Shown here: positions 1 through 13,937 of the stretch, in pieces
Layout: each line of letters opens with the position of its first letter
Position numbering within the stretch: position 1 is the stretch's first letter
DNA from: Mytilus edulis
Lineage: Eukaryota
DNA: 64,000 nt
Reading direction: 5' to 3'
Assembly (NCBI RefSeq): GCF_963676685.1
Contig: NC_092353.1
Location: 54,684,001-54,748,000 of the forward strand
Program-made: the position numbers and the translations under genes
Notes under the pieces: model-generated
The model's database searches: none
Seen by the model: only the letters and a program-made list of their open reading frames with translations
What the model was told of the DNA's origin: nothing

Positions 1-944
1 TAGAATCAAAACAAACAGTGTAAATCCATTTCAAATGTTTTTCGTGAAAATACTGTGACATAATGTTTTTTTTTCTTAAAACATACGGGTATTCGGTTTC
101 TTAATTAGTTTCTATTTTTTTTTAACTGATTATTCCAAGCGCAATAATGATTTCCCCCGTGACTCTATAGCATTTCTAACGCTCTATTTTCACCGATTAA
201 CCTATAGTTACTCAATTAACTGACCAGTGGAGTGTGCTTAACTATCAGATAAAAAAAAAAGCTGCTGCCAGAAAAGCATTTATGCTATTTCTTGCGTTCA
301 CCAGAGTAAATATCCTTACATTGCACTCTAAATTCTTGTCCCATTGGGTATTTACTACCGTCTATTAGTTTCGAAACATTACCAGGATCTGCGGGTTATA
401 TTAAACAGATAGTGTATTTGTTGCAATGAACCATTGTAAGTTGTCAGAACAAATTGCTATTTATAAATAAGTGGTAGTTAATTAGTAGTTTTAAACTGGT
501 TTGGCACCCTTCAGCGTTGCTTTTATTGCGACATAAAAAGCATTGGTAACGGAATGCTCATGTCAGCTTGTATAACAGATTTTGACACAATTATGTAGAA
601 AAATAACATAAATATTGTTGAAATTACATGACTTTATCTTTTTCTATATGATTGTCGACTATTAATTACAGTTTCGAACAAGAAAGAATAAAGCATCTTT
701 GCCCTTCATGAAAAATTAAATCAACTAATGAATACTTGTTTTTGTTGTAAAGTTGGACAACTGTTTTATTTCATTTTTTTTTTAATATTTTGATGTACTA
801 ATAACCATATACATATATATCGTATTATCTGGATAGTACATTGTTCGTATTTAACTTTAAGTGCATTTTTCTTTCAAATCGAATCTTTCCGAGAAAAAAC
901 TGTTATGTTATCATTATATATCGTATGCTGTTGAAATAAACAAT

Positions 945-1140
945 AAGAAGATGTGGTATGATTGCCAATGAGACAACTGTCATAACGAGACTAAAATGAC
1001 ACAGACATTAACAACTATAGGTCACCGTACGGCGCTCAACAATGAGCAAAGCCCATACCGCATAGTCAGCTATAAAAGGCCCCGATATGACAATGTAAAA
1101 CAATTCAAACGAGAAAACTAACGGTCTTATTCATATAAAA
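945..1140 (+). repeat. High-copy dispersed repeat family with fixed end AAGAAGATGTGGTATGATTGCCAATGAGACAAC (family A)
   Basis: The same sequence recurs, in either orientation, at about 1255, 2800-2920, 7925-8050, 8860-8990, 10630-11100, 28830-29770, 34703-35361, 43195-43300, 49335-49765 and 60030-60936. Confidence 0.85.
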
Positions 1141-3483
1141 AAATATCGGCTACAAACAGTGTAGCCACTAATTCGAACAAGGGAACTAAAAGCAAAGTGG
1201 GGTTAAAGTCTGTCTTGTTTGATACGTTATATGCCTGTTATATATGGAAAAATGAAGATGTGATATGATTGCCAATGAGACCAAATAAGACAGAAATTAA
1301 CAGCTTGTCTGTTTTCCTATTAATTACACATTCTTCACACTAGAAACAAAATCGTAGAACAAAGAGGGGGGAAAGATACCAGAATGATATTCAAACTCAT
1401 TGATCGAAAACAAAATGACAACGCCATGGCTAAAAAAGCCAAAGGCTAACAGACAAATAAGACTTCACAAGACACAACATAGTAAACTAAAGACTAAGCA
1501 ACACGAACCCCTGCGTATCTAACTCTTAAGTGTTACTGGTATAGTTTACTTATTTTTCGAACTGAAATGTCACACAAAGAACGAAACGATTTATGAGAGC
1601 TTATTTTTCATTTTTTTTTGTATCTACAGTAACATTGTCATAGGTAGATGGTCCATGGGTCTACGGCAGGCCAACGGTAGAAGTATTATATTTGTAATAG
1701 GATTTTCCATAAATATGAAGATAGAATTGTTGCTGACACAAAATCCTTCGAGGCTGAAATTAATAACAAATTGTACATACCTTCTAATTCCTTTAGTTTG
1801 TTATCCTGTACAAGCTAATCCTGAAAGCGTGATTGCTTCTATGACTTCTATGTATCCCTGAGTTTGGTAATACAACTAATGTATAAGCTTGGTTGCTGGC
1901 TTTAGCGATGATCAAGCCTGTATGATCAGCAAAGGTAATCAGTTTAACAACACTTTGCCTCGAACACGGTAGTTTATTCACCTGAAATATTATATAAGTT
2001 GAAAGAGATACAAAAAGATTTGAAACATTTATCTTTAGCTCATGAACATTATTTCACACTGTGTTATCATCAATTTCACTGACCGTAAAGAAGTTAAAGT
2101 ATAAGATTTTCTGTGTTAAATATACAAGCCACTGCAAAAAAATACCGTTGAATTCTGTTAGAAGAACAATATAAAACAACAAGTCTTATTTATTTAGAAG
2201 TCTGCGAATGAATGCTTTTCTCGTAGTATACATGTATGTTTCATAAGAATCCGTACTTTCGATTGGTTAAAAACAATCGATATGTTTTCAAAAATAAAGA
2301 TTTTATTTTCCAATAATTACATAACATGAATCTTTCAGAAGAATCAGTTATTTTGATTGGATAACAACGCTTGTGCGTCATACTAAAATTCACCTTCATA
2401 TCCCAATGAAGTTTAATTGAATTGAATGGTTCTTTTAGTAATTTTATAGGGTTGTATAAGCGTTGACCTTGTGCTCATTTTTTTAATGAAGCGTTTCCGC
2501 GCTTTATACAAAATGAACTTCGGTCAAATCTTTTACAACCCAATGAATTTACAAATTCTTAAATCAAATTTAACATTCCGGACATTACGTGCTTCCTCGA
2601 CAATGTAGGCGTTGATCCTGTGAATATTTGTAGTATGGCTTCAAACAAAATGCGCTTCGGTCAACAACAATACACATCAATAAAACTACAAAAAGGAGCA
2701 TTCAGTTCTTGAGTAAATATTATTCGTTGTCTTAAACATTTCCCAGATGAATTGATATTACCATATTAGAAAAAAAATACGTATATATAAACTTTAATAG
2801 CTTGCTGTTCGGTGTAAGCCAAGGCTCCGTGTTAAAGACCGTACTTTGACCTATAATGGTTTACTTTTACAAACTGTGACTTGGATGAATAATTGTCTCA
2901 TTGGCCCTGATACCACAAATTCTCATATCCATTTTTGTTTGAATAAGGATCAATTACACATGTTACACGTGCGTTCATAAGTTTATTCTAATAACCACCC
3001 ATTCAAATATTCAAAGTCGTTATCACAAATTACAAACATCATTGATTTCATCACCTGTGCATTTTTCAAGGACGAAGATACTAGGGACAGATGTAATGAG
3101 TTTTTCAAGTGCGATTTTTTGTTAAAAAAACAAACTTTGTTTTTATAAAGTTTATTTGATTATTTACGTTAATTGGTTTCTGTTAACGGGATCATGACAT
3201 AACAAGTGTAAACCTTCATTTTGGAGGCTTTTATGATATAAAATTATACATCTAACTAATTCTGTGATTAAAATACACTTTGTATGCACCTGTCATAGCA
3301 ACGTGCACTTATGAAAGCTTAAGATGTTATAGGGGCAATGTATGAATGCATTTAGAAGTTGTAATACAAATGTCTGAAAACTAAGATAGATGCTGATTCG
3401 CCCAAAAATATATCTACCATAGACCAGTTGATTTACATGATTAAGTAAGTTATAAATGTAGGTTAAATACATCTTTACTATCT

Positions 3484-4490
3484 TTGCTCTCTCTCTCTCC
3501 ATCTCTCTCTCGTTTACTCTTTTTCACTCCATATTTCTTCAATATACTTTCACTAGATGTTCTGCTAACAAACATTTCGTTCACTGATGCACTTTCATTC
3601 TCCCTCCCTCCCTTACACAATTACTCAGACTTTGCCTCTCACCCACGATCCCTTCCTCATTTGCGCTTTCACCTGTCTGTCTCTATTTCATTCTCTCTCA
3701 CTGTTCCACACTATTTCATTCACTCCAACATCTCACATCTCATTCTGTCGCTCTCTCGCTCTACAAATTTGTTGCACTCTCTCGCTCACTCAACCACTCC
3801 ATCTCTCACACTCCTCTGCTCGCCCACGCTCTCACTGTCTCACTCTGTCGCTCGCCCACGCTCTCACCGTCTCACTCTGTCGCTCGCCTACTACGTCAGT
3901 CAGTCAGTCAGTCAGTCAGTCAGTCAGTCATCCACTCACTCACTCATTCATTCATTCTCTCATTCTGAATGATACACTTACAGTCTCTCATACACTTACA
4001 CTCTCAGTCACACTTACTTACTCTCTCACTCTCACTCTCTTACTCTCTCACTCACTTACACACTCACTTACACACTCACTTGCACTCTCACTCTCTCACT
4101 CAGTTACAGTCTCACTCCTCTCTCACTCAGACTCAGACTCTCACTCCTCTCTCACTCAGACTCTCAGACGCTCACTCAAACTCTCAGACCTCTCTCACTC
4201 CTCTCTCACTCAGACTCTCACTCAGACTCTCGCTCAGTCAGACTCTCAGTCAGACTCTCAGTCAGACTCTCGCTCAGACTCTCGCTCAGACTCTCGCGCG
4301 GTCAGACTCTCGGTCAGACTCTCGCTCAGACTCCCGCTCAGTCAGACTCGCTCAGTCAGACTCAGACTCTCGCTCAGTCAGACTCTCGCTCAGTCAGACT
4401 CTCACTCAGTCAGACTCTCACTCCTCTCTTACTCAGAGTCACACTCATAAACAGCTCTTCCACGCTCTCATTCACTCACTATTGCCTCCC
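3484..4490 (+). repeat. Compound micro/minisatellite (CT, CACT, CAGT, CAGACTCT-based units)
   Basis: Read directly: (CAGT)n at about 3896-3929, ACTC/CTCT runs, and CTCAGACTCTCG-like units at about 4200-4430. It explains the three Ser/Leu/His-rich ORFs. Confidence 0.95.
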
Positions 4491-5959
4491 GGTGAAAACT
4501 CTTATCACTTTACTTTTACTAAGTAATCAAACAAAATGGCAACGACATTTCTGGAATTCTACTCCTTCATGGCCACTGTCCATCGGGGTCTGCCATTGTC
4601 TGGGAATGAGTGGTACACAAACCTTCAGTTACCTTCATTAGGTATGTGTACGAAGTATGTCTAATACAAATATATTGACGTTTTATGTTAGTTTTAAGTA
4701 GCTATTTTAAGGTATTTTAACTTTTTATATTTTGCATTTTAATTTGAAATATAAAAGTTGCTTTATTTTTTATTCCATTGACATTTTTCTTGTTGAACAT
4801 CTCATTGCTTTTCTATTACAATTATCATAATACCTTTTCTAATGTTGTCTCCTGAGAAATTATGTATTGCCATGAAATCAAGGGGGCTAACTGTGATTCC
4901 TTCATTTTTTTGTTGTAATTCAAAAGCGTAACAGTATAGGGTTAAGATTGTGCAAACCAGTTCACGTGTAATCAGTGAAGCGTTATAATATAAACATAAC
5001 CTTTAAGAGGCAATACCAAACGGAAAATGCTTCTGATACTCCCTCAAAACAGGGTAAGCTCATTTTTATCTCATACTTCTTTTTAAACACTACAAGTATT
5101 TAACATCACCACAATCATGATATGAAAAGAACCTGTAACTAACTCGCTCTAACGAAAACAACAATAAATACTACCAACAAAACAAGATGATAAACAGATA
5201 AACCAAAACTATAAATTTCTTGTTTCCAACAGAAAATTAGGATAATATTGATATTCATTTTCACTGGCATCCATATTAGAAATAAGACAACCCTATAATA
5301 CACAACTTTAAAGTGATCTTGAAGTTAATTTTCTGAGATGCATTTAAAGAGGGGGGACAAGGGGTTTAACTGTTATGCTGTTATGGGGCAATTTAATTCT
5401 AGTATGCTATCTGTTATTTTGAAAATATATTTGCTGTTAGCTGTAAATTATTGTCTTATTCTTTGTTAGCTGTTATATATATATATATTGGGCTTTTAGT
5501 TTTTTTGTTATCTGTTATTGTGATAATGTATTTACTGTTAACTGTTATTGAAAATTGGAATGTTAGCATTTTTTTTTACAGTCAATATTCGGCCATTGGG
5601 GTCTACCACTACTAATATGTTTGTCCCGTATTCAGAGAAGGATTCCATTAACATATGCCCATCATAGAAGTGAGGTCCAGGACAATTCAAGTATATCTTA
5701 TGATTATCCTTTGTAATAAATTTCATTTTTTTTTATGAATGTGTATTTAGAATTATCTTAATTTTTTGTATGAAAATAATGTTCCTTGTTTTCCGTACGA
5801 ACATATTAAATTAAAACAATTCTTAATATGACAAAAAGGAAAACATATGGCCAGGAATATCTGACAAGGATCTCAATTAAGGACTAGGTCCTAACAACCA
5901 CTTAACCTTTTATATAATATGATACATAGACTCAGCTCTGTGATTCTTTTCAAAGCAGA

Positions 5960-6350
5960 ACCAAATGCATTGTACAATGAAAGTTCCAACCATGTACTTG
6001 GGTCCAAAGCTGCACATTACTCATTACAAACAAAGATTTATTTCGTTTCAAGCCATTGTTTCCCTACTAAACTATGTATTCTACTTACTAGTACACTTCG
6101 TACAATCAAAAACCTCAGCTGATAAAAAAATTGTTCAAATAAGACCTTTGAAAATAGTGAAATAAATTGCTTTTAGAGTGTCGAAATTCGTTCGAAGTAC
6201 TTGATAAATTGCATGCTTATAATTGGTGCTTTTGATTTTTCTACCCTATATACCACTTTGCCTCAAAGTTTTATTAAGAAAATTCACACACCTCATTAAA
6301 TGGTCATTTAGAAAAAGTCAGAATATTCAAACTCTTTTAGGTCACTTTTT
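5960..6350 (+). pseudogene. Degenerate Penelope-like retroelement RT fragment
   Basis: Frameshifted translation VPTMY..PKLH..YKQRFIS..SHC..TKL.ILLTSTL.TIKN and GAFDFSTLYTTLP; DFSTLYT is a PLE RT motif. Confidence 0.75.
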
Positions 6351-6359
6351 TTATTAGCA

Positions 6360-6837
6360 ACAAAGGGAGCTTCAGTCAATATATATAAACAATACACCAA
6401 CGTTTCATGAGAACTGCTGAAAACATTTTTGTGTTAATGTCTGAAAACTGGAAAATCACCCCTTTTTAATTAATAAAACCCGTTAACTCGGATACGTAAA
6501 GTCTAAAATTTAAAAAAAACTGAAAGTTATCTCATGTTAATAGATATAAACAATTCACCAAAATTCCTTGCTTTGTGAAAGCATTTTTGAGATATCAGAA
6601 AACTGAAGAAAAAAACCACCAATTTTATTGAAAAAAAAAACCATTACCCAGAAACTTAAAATCTAAAATTTATAAAAAAAAAAAAAAAAAAAAAGGGAGC
6701 TCACGTCAATAGATATAACCAATTTCCCAAAGTTTAATGCGAATGGTTAAATAGTTTTTGAGTTAAATGTCCGACATGTTGACAACAGACGGACAACAGT
6801 ATACCATAATACGTTCCGTAAACGAGCGTATAAAAAA
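6360..6837 (-). mobile_element. Truncated Helentron-type HINE nested in the TIR element
   Basis: On the minus strand it starts TTTTTATACGCTCGTTTACGGAACGTATTATGG..GTCCGTCTGT and has internal tandem units; a longer copy lies at 39544-41470. Confidence 0.55.
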
Positions 6838-7096
6838 TATTATAGTATATTGAGTAGTAATTTAAACACATTCTAGATACATAAATTAATACTAAAAACA
6901 TAGTCATAAAAAATGGAATGCATTACAAAGGATTATATCCGTAATAAGAAATACTGATTTGTCAAAGACCGAATTATTTTAATATTTCATTTACTGTTAT
7001 CTGTTTTTGTCCATTTTAATTCCTTGTTATCTGTTATGAGCCAAATCAATTTGCTGTTTTGCTGTTATTGGGACCCCCCTTGCCCCCCCCCCCTCT

Positions 7097-7850
7097 TTAA
7101 AATGAACATTTGTTAAGATGCATTTAAAATGTACATTTGTTAAGATGCATTTAAAACGTACAATTGTTGAGATGTTTAAATGCATATAAATTTATATGTG
7201 TTGAGTTGCATATGAACTGTACTTTTGTTGATATGCATAAAAACTAAACATTTGCTTAAATGCACATAATTTGTACATTAGTTGAGATACATATAAACTG
7301 TACATAAGTTAAGATACATGTAAACTGTACATTAGTTGAGATACATATAAACTGTACATTAGTTGAGATACATATAAACTATACATTAGTTGATATGCAT
7401 ATAAATGTACATTGTTGAGGTGCATATACACTGTACATTTATTTAACTGAGATGCATATGAATTAATGAACATATGTTTTTATGCATATAACTACATATG
7501 TAAAGGTGCATATAAACTGTATATTTGTTGAGATGCTTATCAACTGTACATTTGTTGAGATGCATATCAACTGTACATTTGTTGAGATGCATATCAACTG
7601 TACATTTGTTGATATGCATTTGAATAATACATTTGTTGAGATGGGAATGCCTATATTATTATATATAAATATACAATTTTTGAGATACATATAAATGTGC
7701 ATATGTTGAGATGCATATAGACTTACATTGTTGATATGCATATAAACTGTATATTTGTTGAGATGCATATTAACTGTAACAATACCATGTACATTGGTGT
7801 ATATGCATATCAATTGTACATCATGATCAGTTGAGATACAATAAACTGAC
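7097..7850 (+). repeat. ~30-bp minisatellite (ATAAACTGTACATTTGTTGAGATGCAT core)
   Basis: About 25 degenerate tandem units visible; explains the INCTFVEMH and ICISTNVQL ORFs. Confidence 0.92.
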
Positions 7851-10065
7851 TATGCACCTGTTTTCAAATATGTATATGGTATATAAAGATCTATATAAAC
7901 TCTACCTTTGGAGGCCTTTCATAGATTACTATGTGCTATGGGTTTTGCTCATTGTTGCAGGTTGTGTGGTGAACTATAGTTGTTAACTTTGATGTCATTT
8001 GGTCTCAGGTTGCGAGTTGTCCCATATGCAATTATACCACATCTTTTTATTTTATGTCATCATTTTACACTAATATATATTTATAAACTATGTAGATTCT
8101 GTACATCTTTACATATATACAATTTTTAAATATCTAATGGGGTATAAATGATTTGAAGTTTTGCTAATGTAAAACAAATAAAAAAAAAATAGAATTAAAA
8201 AAATATTAGTAAGGGAAAGAAAAAGAGGAGAGGAAGAAAAGTTTTAAAAAAATGTGTGCATGCAATGATTCCCACAATGTGGTAACAATGTATGGCCCTT
8301 CATGTATCACGAGAGAGAAAAAGAACCAAATGGAAGATATGTATACCCATCCGTATCTAAATTACTATCTACTTACATTCACAAGTTTATTTTGATCAAA
8401 TCTGAAATTACATTCGATAAAAATACTTGTACAACTCATTCACATCGTCAGGTACTAGCAGACAAAACATTGTTAAAATTTGATTACAAATGAATATCAC
8501 TATTTAGTAGAAGAAAATCCTTGATGCTAACGCGCTTATGTCGTAAATAATACAGTGTTCATAACGGCAATGTAGATTGCAGTGGATGTTGTGATAATTC
8601 ATTTAAGTGCACGTACTCATCAGGTTAACGACCGAGCAGCGAATCTTTTTAGGAAACTTGAATATGTTTCGGAAAAAATATATACTGAAGCGTCATAAAT
8701 GAGAAATTCTATTTCAATATTTTAAAACTTTTAAAACTTTCACGTAAATATTCCTAGAGTAAAATATGGAATTGACCAATATAGAATAAGCTTTATAAGC
8801 TATCACATAGACTTTCAGTGGTAAAACATCATGTCAATGATGAATAAGACAAGGCAATAGCTGACTATGTGGTATGGGCTTTGCTCATTGTTGAAGGCCG
8901 TATGGTGACCTACAGTTGTTAATGTCTGTGTCATTTTGGTCTTTTGTGGATAGTTGTTTCATTGGCAATCATACCACATCTTCTTTTTATATGTATTAGA
9001 CTCTGGTTGATTTTGGAACATTTATATACGAAAAACAATAAAAATCAACTGGTAAATACAACATTCCCTGAAATGTAAAGCTTGAACATGACTGTACTGA
9101 ACTGGTTAACTCTACCAGACAGAACTATCTTTGATCGCAACCCTTCTTGTTACTACATCAACAGCAACTGACATTTTTCGTTAAAACTTTGATACATTAC
9201 AATCAAACTATAATTCGTTTCAAATAAAATTAAATTACCTTGAAATTAACCAGATAGATTAACCCTTTATTTGAAGAGTAGCCTTGATCTTTTATTACAT
9301 AATTTAGTCTAATTGTTATTACATGTCTTAATGCCTCGTCCCAATTTTTAAATTAAGAAGCTCGAAACTTTCTTTCTTTAATCAAGAGCGTGAATTCTGT
9401 ATACTTGAACATAAACGAAATGACATAGTCACACATAGAAATGGACTGTGTGCGATAACTTGATTGTTCATGAGTCCTTACAAAATTTTGTATTTGCATT
9501 AAAATATAGCATATATTTATGAAAATATATAGTAATTGAAATAAAATCACTTTTTTCAGTTCTTAACTTATTAGTTTGAAAAATGGACGAATTTTTATAA
9601 CTAAACTGATAGCATGAATGTTTACAATATAAAGAATATTTGAACACAAAACAAAAGTCATTACGCTTCCTATAGTACATTCATTATTTAGAGTCTTCTA
9701 CCTAAATTTCAAAATGTTGACAAAAGTTGAACGAACCATTATTTTAAGTCCAAATATAAGGATTAAAAATTCGTTCAGGACATACTTTTGGTCAGTTGTC
9801 AAAATTACAATATCTCGAAAAATTAGAATTGCTCTTTTGAACATGACAAAAAATAGTAAAACAGATATGGACGTCAAATTGAGTTTTAAGTAATCACTTG
9901 AACGAATCACGATGAACGCATAAAAAACAAAAAATAGTTATGATAGTCTGGTATATATTTAAATTGCAAAGTGAAAGCGATCCTGTAAAAATGCTTTAGC
10001 CACTAAATACAAAAGCGCGCACAGAAACGGCGTTTTTTTTTTAATAGTCGTGCATTTAACTATAG

Positions 10066-10193
10066 GGTTGTCAGTTTCCCTATCGAAGGTCGTTGGTTTT
10101 CTCCCGGCATGCACTTCGGCTTCCTTCACCAATAAAAAATGGCCGCTACAAAGTAGCCCAGAAGTGGCATTAAAACATCAACAATCAATCAAC
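10066..10193 (+). mobile_element. SINE 3' fragment (V-domain-like) with (CAAT)n tail
   Basis: GGTTTTCTCCCGGC..ACTTCGGCTTCCTTCACCA resembles the V-SINE central domain; tail CAACAATCAATCAA. Confidence 0.5.
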
Positions 10194-11564
10194 CTTAAAA
10201 TAGTCGGTTATTATGCTTTCACACAACTATCTCGTATCGTGTAAAATCATGATCTAAGGTATTTTTCACATAACTTTCTAGTTAAATTTAGAAATTTTCG
10301 ATAGCTGCATTGTTAAGTCACAGTTATAAAACAGTTCAATATGTATTGTTTTCCCTGCATCTGTTCATTAAAAGCTACTAAATTATATGAAAATAAACGG
10401 AACAGGTTTTAATTGACCAGAACACTATGCTGATACAAAATTTTAAAAAAAAAGTGCTTGCGGGTTTGAAAATTGACGGAAAGACTGAACAGGAATAATT
10501 ACATGTTTATATTATATTTTTTCGGGTAAGAAGTTCTTTTTTTAAAAGCCACTAGTAACAATCAAATGACCATTAACTATTTGGTTCAGTAACTACAAAT
10601 GTATTATAATTTAAAATATTTAATATGATTGCCACAAGTATCCATCCAGAGAACAAATGATGTAGAAGTTGGCAATTTTAGGTCACCTTACGGTCTTTAA
10701 CAATGAGTATAAACCATACATTTGTACCACATAGCAATATAGCTAAAGGCTCTGAAATGACAAATGTAAAACAACTAAAAAATAAACTAACGTCCCTTTA
10801 TGAACAAAACAATTAATAAACCAAAATTAAATATAATTTAAAGCAACAAACAACATCTGCTGAATTGCAGGCTCGTAGATTAGTTTGGGACATGCACATA
10901 CATGTACATGAAGTTGTGGGGTTAAAGATTATAGCTGGCACCCAACCCTTCTTCGAATCTGGATAGTGGAACAGAACAGCACAAGACCAAACTGAACAAA
11001 ATAACCGAATTACAAATATGATATAAAGCAACAAAATAAAACCACTCAATTGCAAGCTCCTTGCTAGGGACAGGCAGATGTAGAATATGGCGTGGTTAAA
11101 CATGTATGTAACAGCAAAATGTAAGAACAAACTAAATCAATCAGTTGAAAAGACTGAACTCATCAAATAGATACGAAGCACAAAGGAATGGTATGGCACA
11201 TTTTTTAAAATCTCACAATTTTTCAACTCTTTTGGATTTCTTGACATTAGTCTTCCAATTAAATTGTCAACAGATATTTTTTTTCATTTTAATACATTTA
11301 TGAATGAGCAAAATATTTTCTGTTTGAATCATTCCATGCATGTCTCTTTAATAGTACATGTATTAATCATCCTTGTTCTAGTTTACTCCTGATAATTATA
11401 CCTACACTATTTACCAATATATCTTAGTTATGATATACTTCTTACCTACAATGATATATCAATGACACTCAGACTGTATGATGATCATTTAATAGTAATG
11501 TAGATAAACATCTTAAGGGTTTCTTGATACGTTTATAGAACAACTATAATCATCAATTTTGAGG

Positions 11565-12090
11565 ATGGGCTCATCTTCATTTCATGACCACAAGAAGGCG
11601 GGATGCATGCAGTGATCAGAATGTCCGTGCGTCGGTACCTTCGGTCGACCGCCTCACAAATCTTGTCTTTTCTATAAAGTATCGCCGCAAGGATGACTGG
11701 AAAAAAAGAAATATGGTCGGTCTTGGTCTTCTTTCGACCAACAGTATAATCCATGCCAAAGTAAAGCATCCGTTTGGTTGTATGGGATGCACAAGTACGC
11801 AGCCACGTCCGGTTAAAATTGGGACGTTAAATTCGATGCCTCGTGAAGAGAGCGTATCATAATCTCTGCACGCTGAAAACCCTTGCAACAACCCTTTGAT
11901 CGATCTGTGAGTGACCTGTTGTTAGACTAGATTTCTGCCCTGTCAAAATACCCTCATGTTCTAGTTAAGTAGCAATCTATTACAAGACCTACATGTACCT
12001 ATTGTATTTATTGTTTATTTGTTCTCTTCTTGAATATCCAGGAAATATTTATCACTGGACGATAAGCAACCAACAATCAATCAATCAATC
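11565..12090 (+). mobile_element. SINE-like element (possibly Nin/Deu-domain) with (CAAT)n tail
   Basis: Locally GC-richer block with GGGACGTTAAA..GCACGCTGAAAACCC; 3' end ACTGGACGATAAGCAACCAACAATCAATCAATC, whose complement recurs at about 56445-56475 and 62810-62840. Confidence 0.5.
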
Positions 12091-12115
12091 TGTCTTAACT
12101 ATAACACACTATTTT

Positions 12116-12274
12116 CAGGGGCGGATCCAGCCATTTTAAAGGTGGGGTCCGAAACCAGGATAAAAGGGGGGTTCCAGCTATATGTCCCCATTCAAATGCA
12201 TTGATCGGCGCCAAAAAAGGTGGGTCAGACCCCCGGAACCCCCCCCCCCCCCTCCCCCCTTGGATCTGCCAATG
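12116..12274. mobile_element. hAT-like MITE (CAGGGGCGGATCC termini)
   Basis: CAGGGGCGGATCCAG ... TTGGATCTGCCAATG imperfect TIR; no clean TSD. Confidence 0.6.
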
Positions 12275-13937
12275 GTTTACAACGATATTACTTTTTTAAT
12301 GATAGTGTAAGTTGTGTCTCGAAAAAAAAGGTTGGAAACAAGGTCGATAAATTATTTTTCAAATCGGTTTGCTACTAAATTTTTATAATCGCTTTGCGTT
12401 TCATATAACACGCTATATTAAAAAAAATTACCGAACAATACTCGTAATAGTGTATCTTAATCAAATTATGGTAAAACAAAAAATCATAACCTTCAATAAT
12501 TTAGGGGGGTCTTTAAAAAATTAGCCTTAGCTCCTGATGATTGATTACGTATGATAAATGCAGGATGTCGAATTACATTTAATGACATCGTGAAGTAAAA
12601 TATGGGAAACAAAAACCATCTTGATGTAAATATGGTAAACAAAAAACAACTACAATCACTCGAAAACAGACTCCTGGATTTGGACAGACACGTTAAAAAT
12701 ATGTCCGTGATCGTGTGATTATGCAAGTATGGAAATAAATTAATCACTAGTATACGTATACATTTTAAAGAATATATAATGTACTGGAATAAAAAGAACA
12801 TTCTTGAAAAAAAAACAATACCATCAACGAACCAGTCAAATCAGAAGATCTTGCAACTATGTCATTGTGAGGTCAACAGAGGTCATATAGCTGTCTTTTG
12901 GCACTATTTGGCTAACTTCGCTTACAAATGTTAAACTTATTAGTAGGGTATTTATTACGATTCTACAAAACAACAGATGAAATCAAGTGGTCACGAGAAG
13001 TGCAAGAAAACACGTTCTTTCGTCAAACTGTCAAGGTCAAGTGTTAATTGTGTGATGTTTCCGATTTTCTTACATGAAAACGATATTTTATGCCGTCGGA
13101 TTATTTTTTAATTTACGACAGTCAAGAAAAGTTAACAGAATATTAGTAATGATAATAAGCAATGCACAAGAAATGCACACGAAGTTAATCGAAAGTAAAT
13201 TGACGCAATGATGTTCGTAATTTATAATAACAATAAAACAGCGAATTTTCGATTAATTCCTGATTATTGTGGTATGATTGCGTAATAAACACGAAAAAAG
13301 CTGCAATATAAAACTATATTCATCCTCAATGTTATGTATCTTAGTAATACAATTGTACATCGATGATCTCAGCTTCATTTTCTAAAACTGTTATCAGTGA
13401 AAATGAAAATACTATGCAATGACCTTAAAGAAACTGTCCGTAGAAATTCAACTTACCCTGAAATTAACAGGACAATATTCCACAGTCTTACTTCAGCATG
13501 GTCTAACTCCAAAACAAACAAATTCAAGACTCAAATTGTTTCTCATAGATCTTATCTCCCACACACAGCAGCAGATGCCGTAACTCAATCTCTGACGAAC
13601 AAGTCGCAGTCTTGGTGTGACCTCGGGATCAGAGAGAATTGTCTTATCTTATCCTCACCGCAACTTCCTGTCAATGATCTGAAAATATTTCTTAAAAACC
13701 AGATACTTCATTAAATCTCATCTGTTACTTCAGGTCGTTCTTATCAAGATTAAGAATCAGCTCTTGTACGTCATCGATACTTTGGAAATTTTATTGCCAG
13801 AATATCTTGAATTATGCTTCAATCCTTTGATATACTAGTAAGATTTATATATTTCATATAATGTAGAACTGTTTGATTGATGCGAAAATTGCTGATCTGA
13901 GGTTTTCAGTTTATTTTTTGATGTTTTCTTTTTGACT

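Larger units (their letters stand above)
5348..7096 (+). mobile_element. Non-autonomous TIR DNA transposon with TTAA target duplication (Kolobok-like), composite
   Basis: Ends TTAA|AGAGGGGGGACAAGGGG ... CCCCTTGCCCCCCCCCCCTCT|TTAA; subterminal CTGTTA repeats; inverted second copy at 39298-42715. Confidence 0.75.

Noticed and set aside
1781-1981. Minus-strand segment flanked by CAG and GTATGT
   Set aside because: Stops in all three frames and no recognisable protein similarity
3484-4526. Three long Ser/Leu/His/Thr-rich ORFs
   Set aside because: All three frames are open because the microsatellite lacks stop codons
7463-7813. Repetitive ORFs on both strands; superficially CRISPR-like periodicity
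   Set aside because: 30-bp tandem minisatellite with no unique spacers and no cas genes
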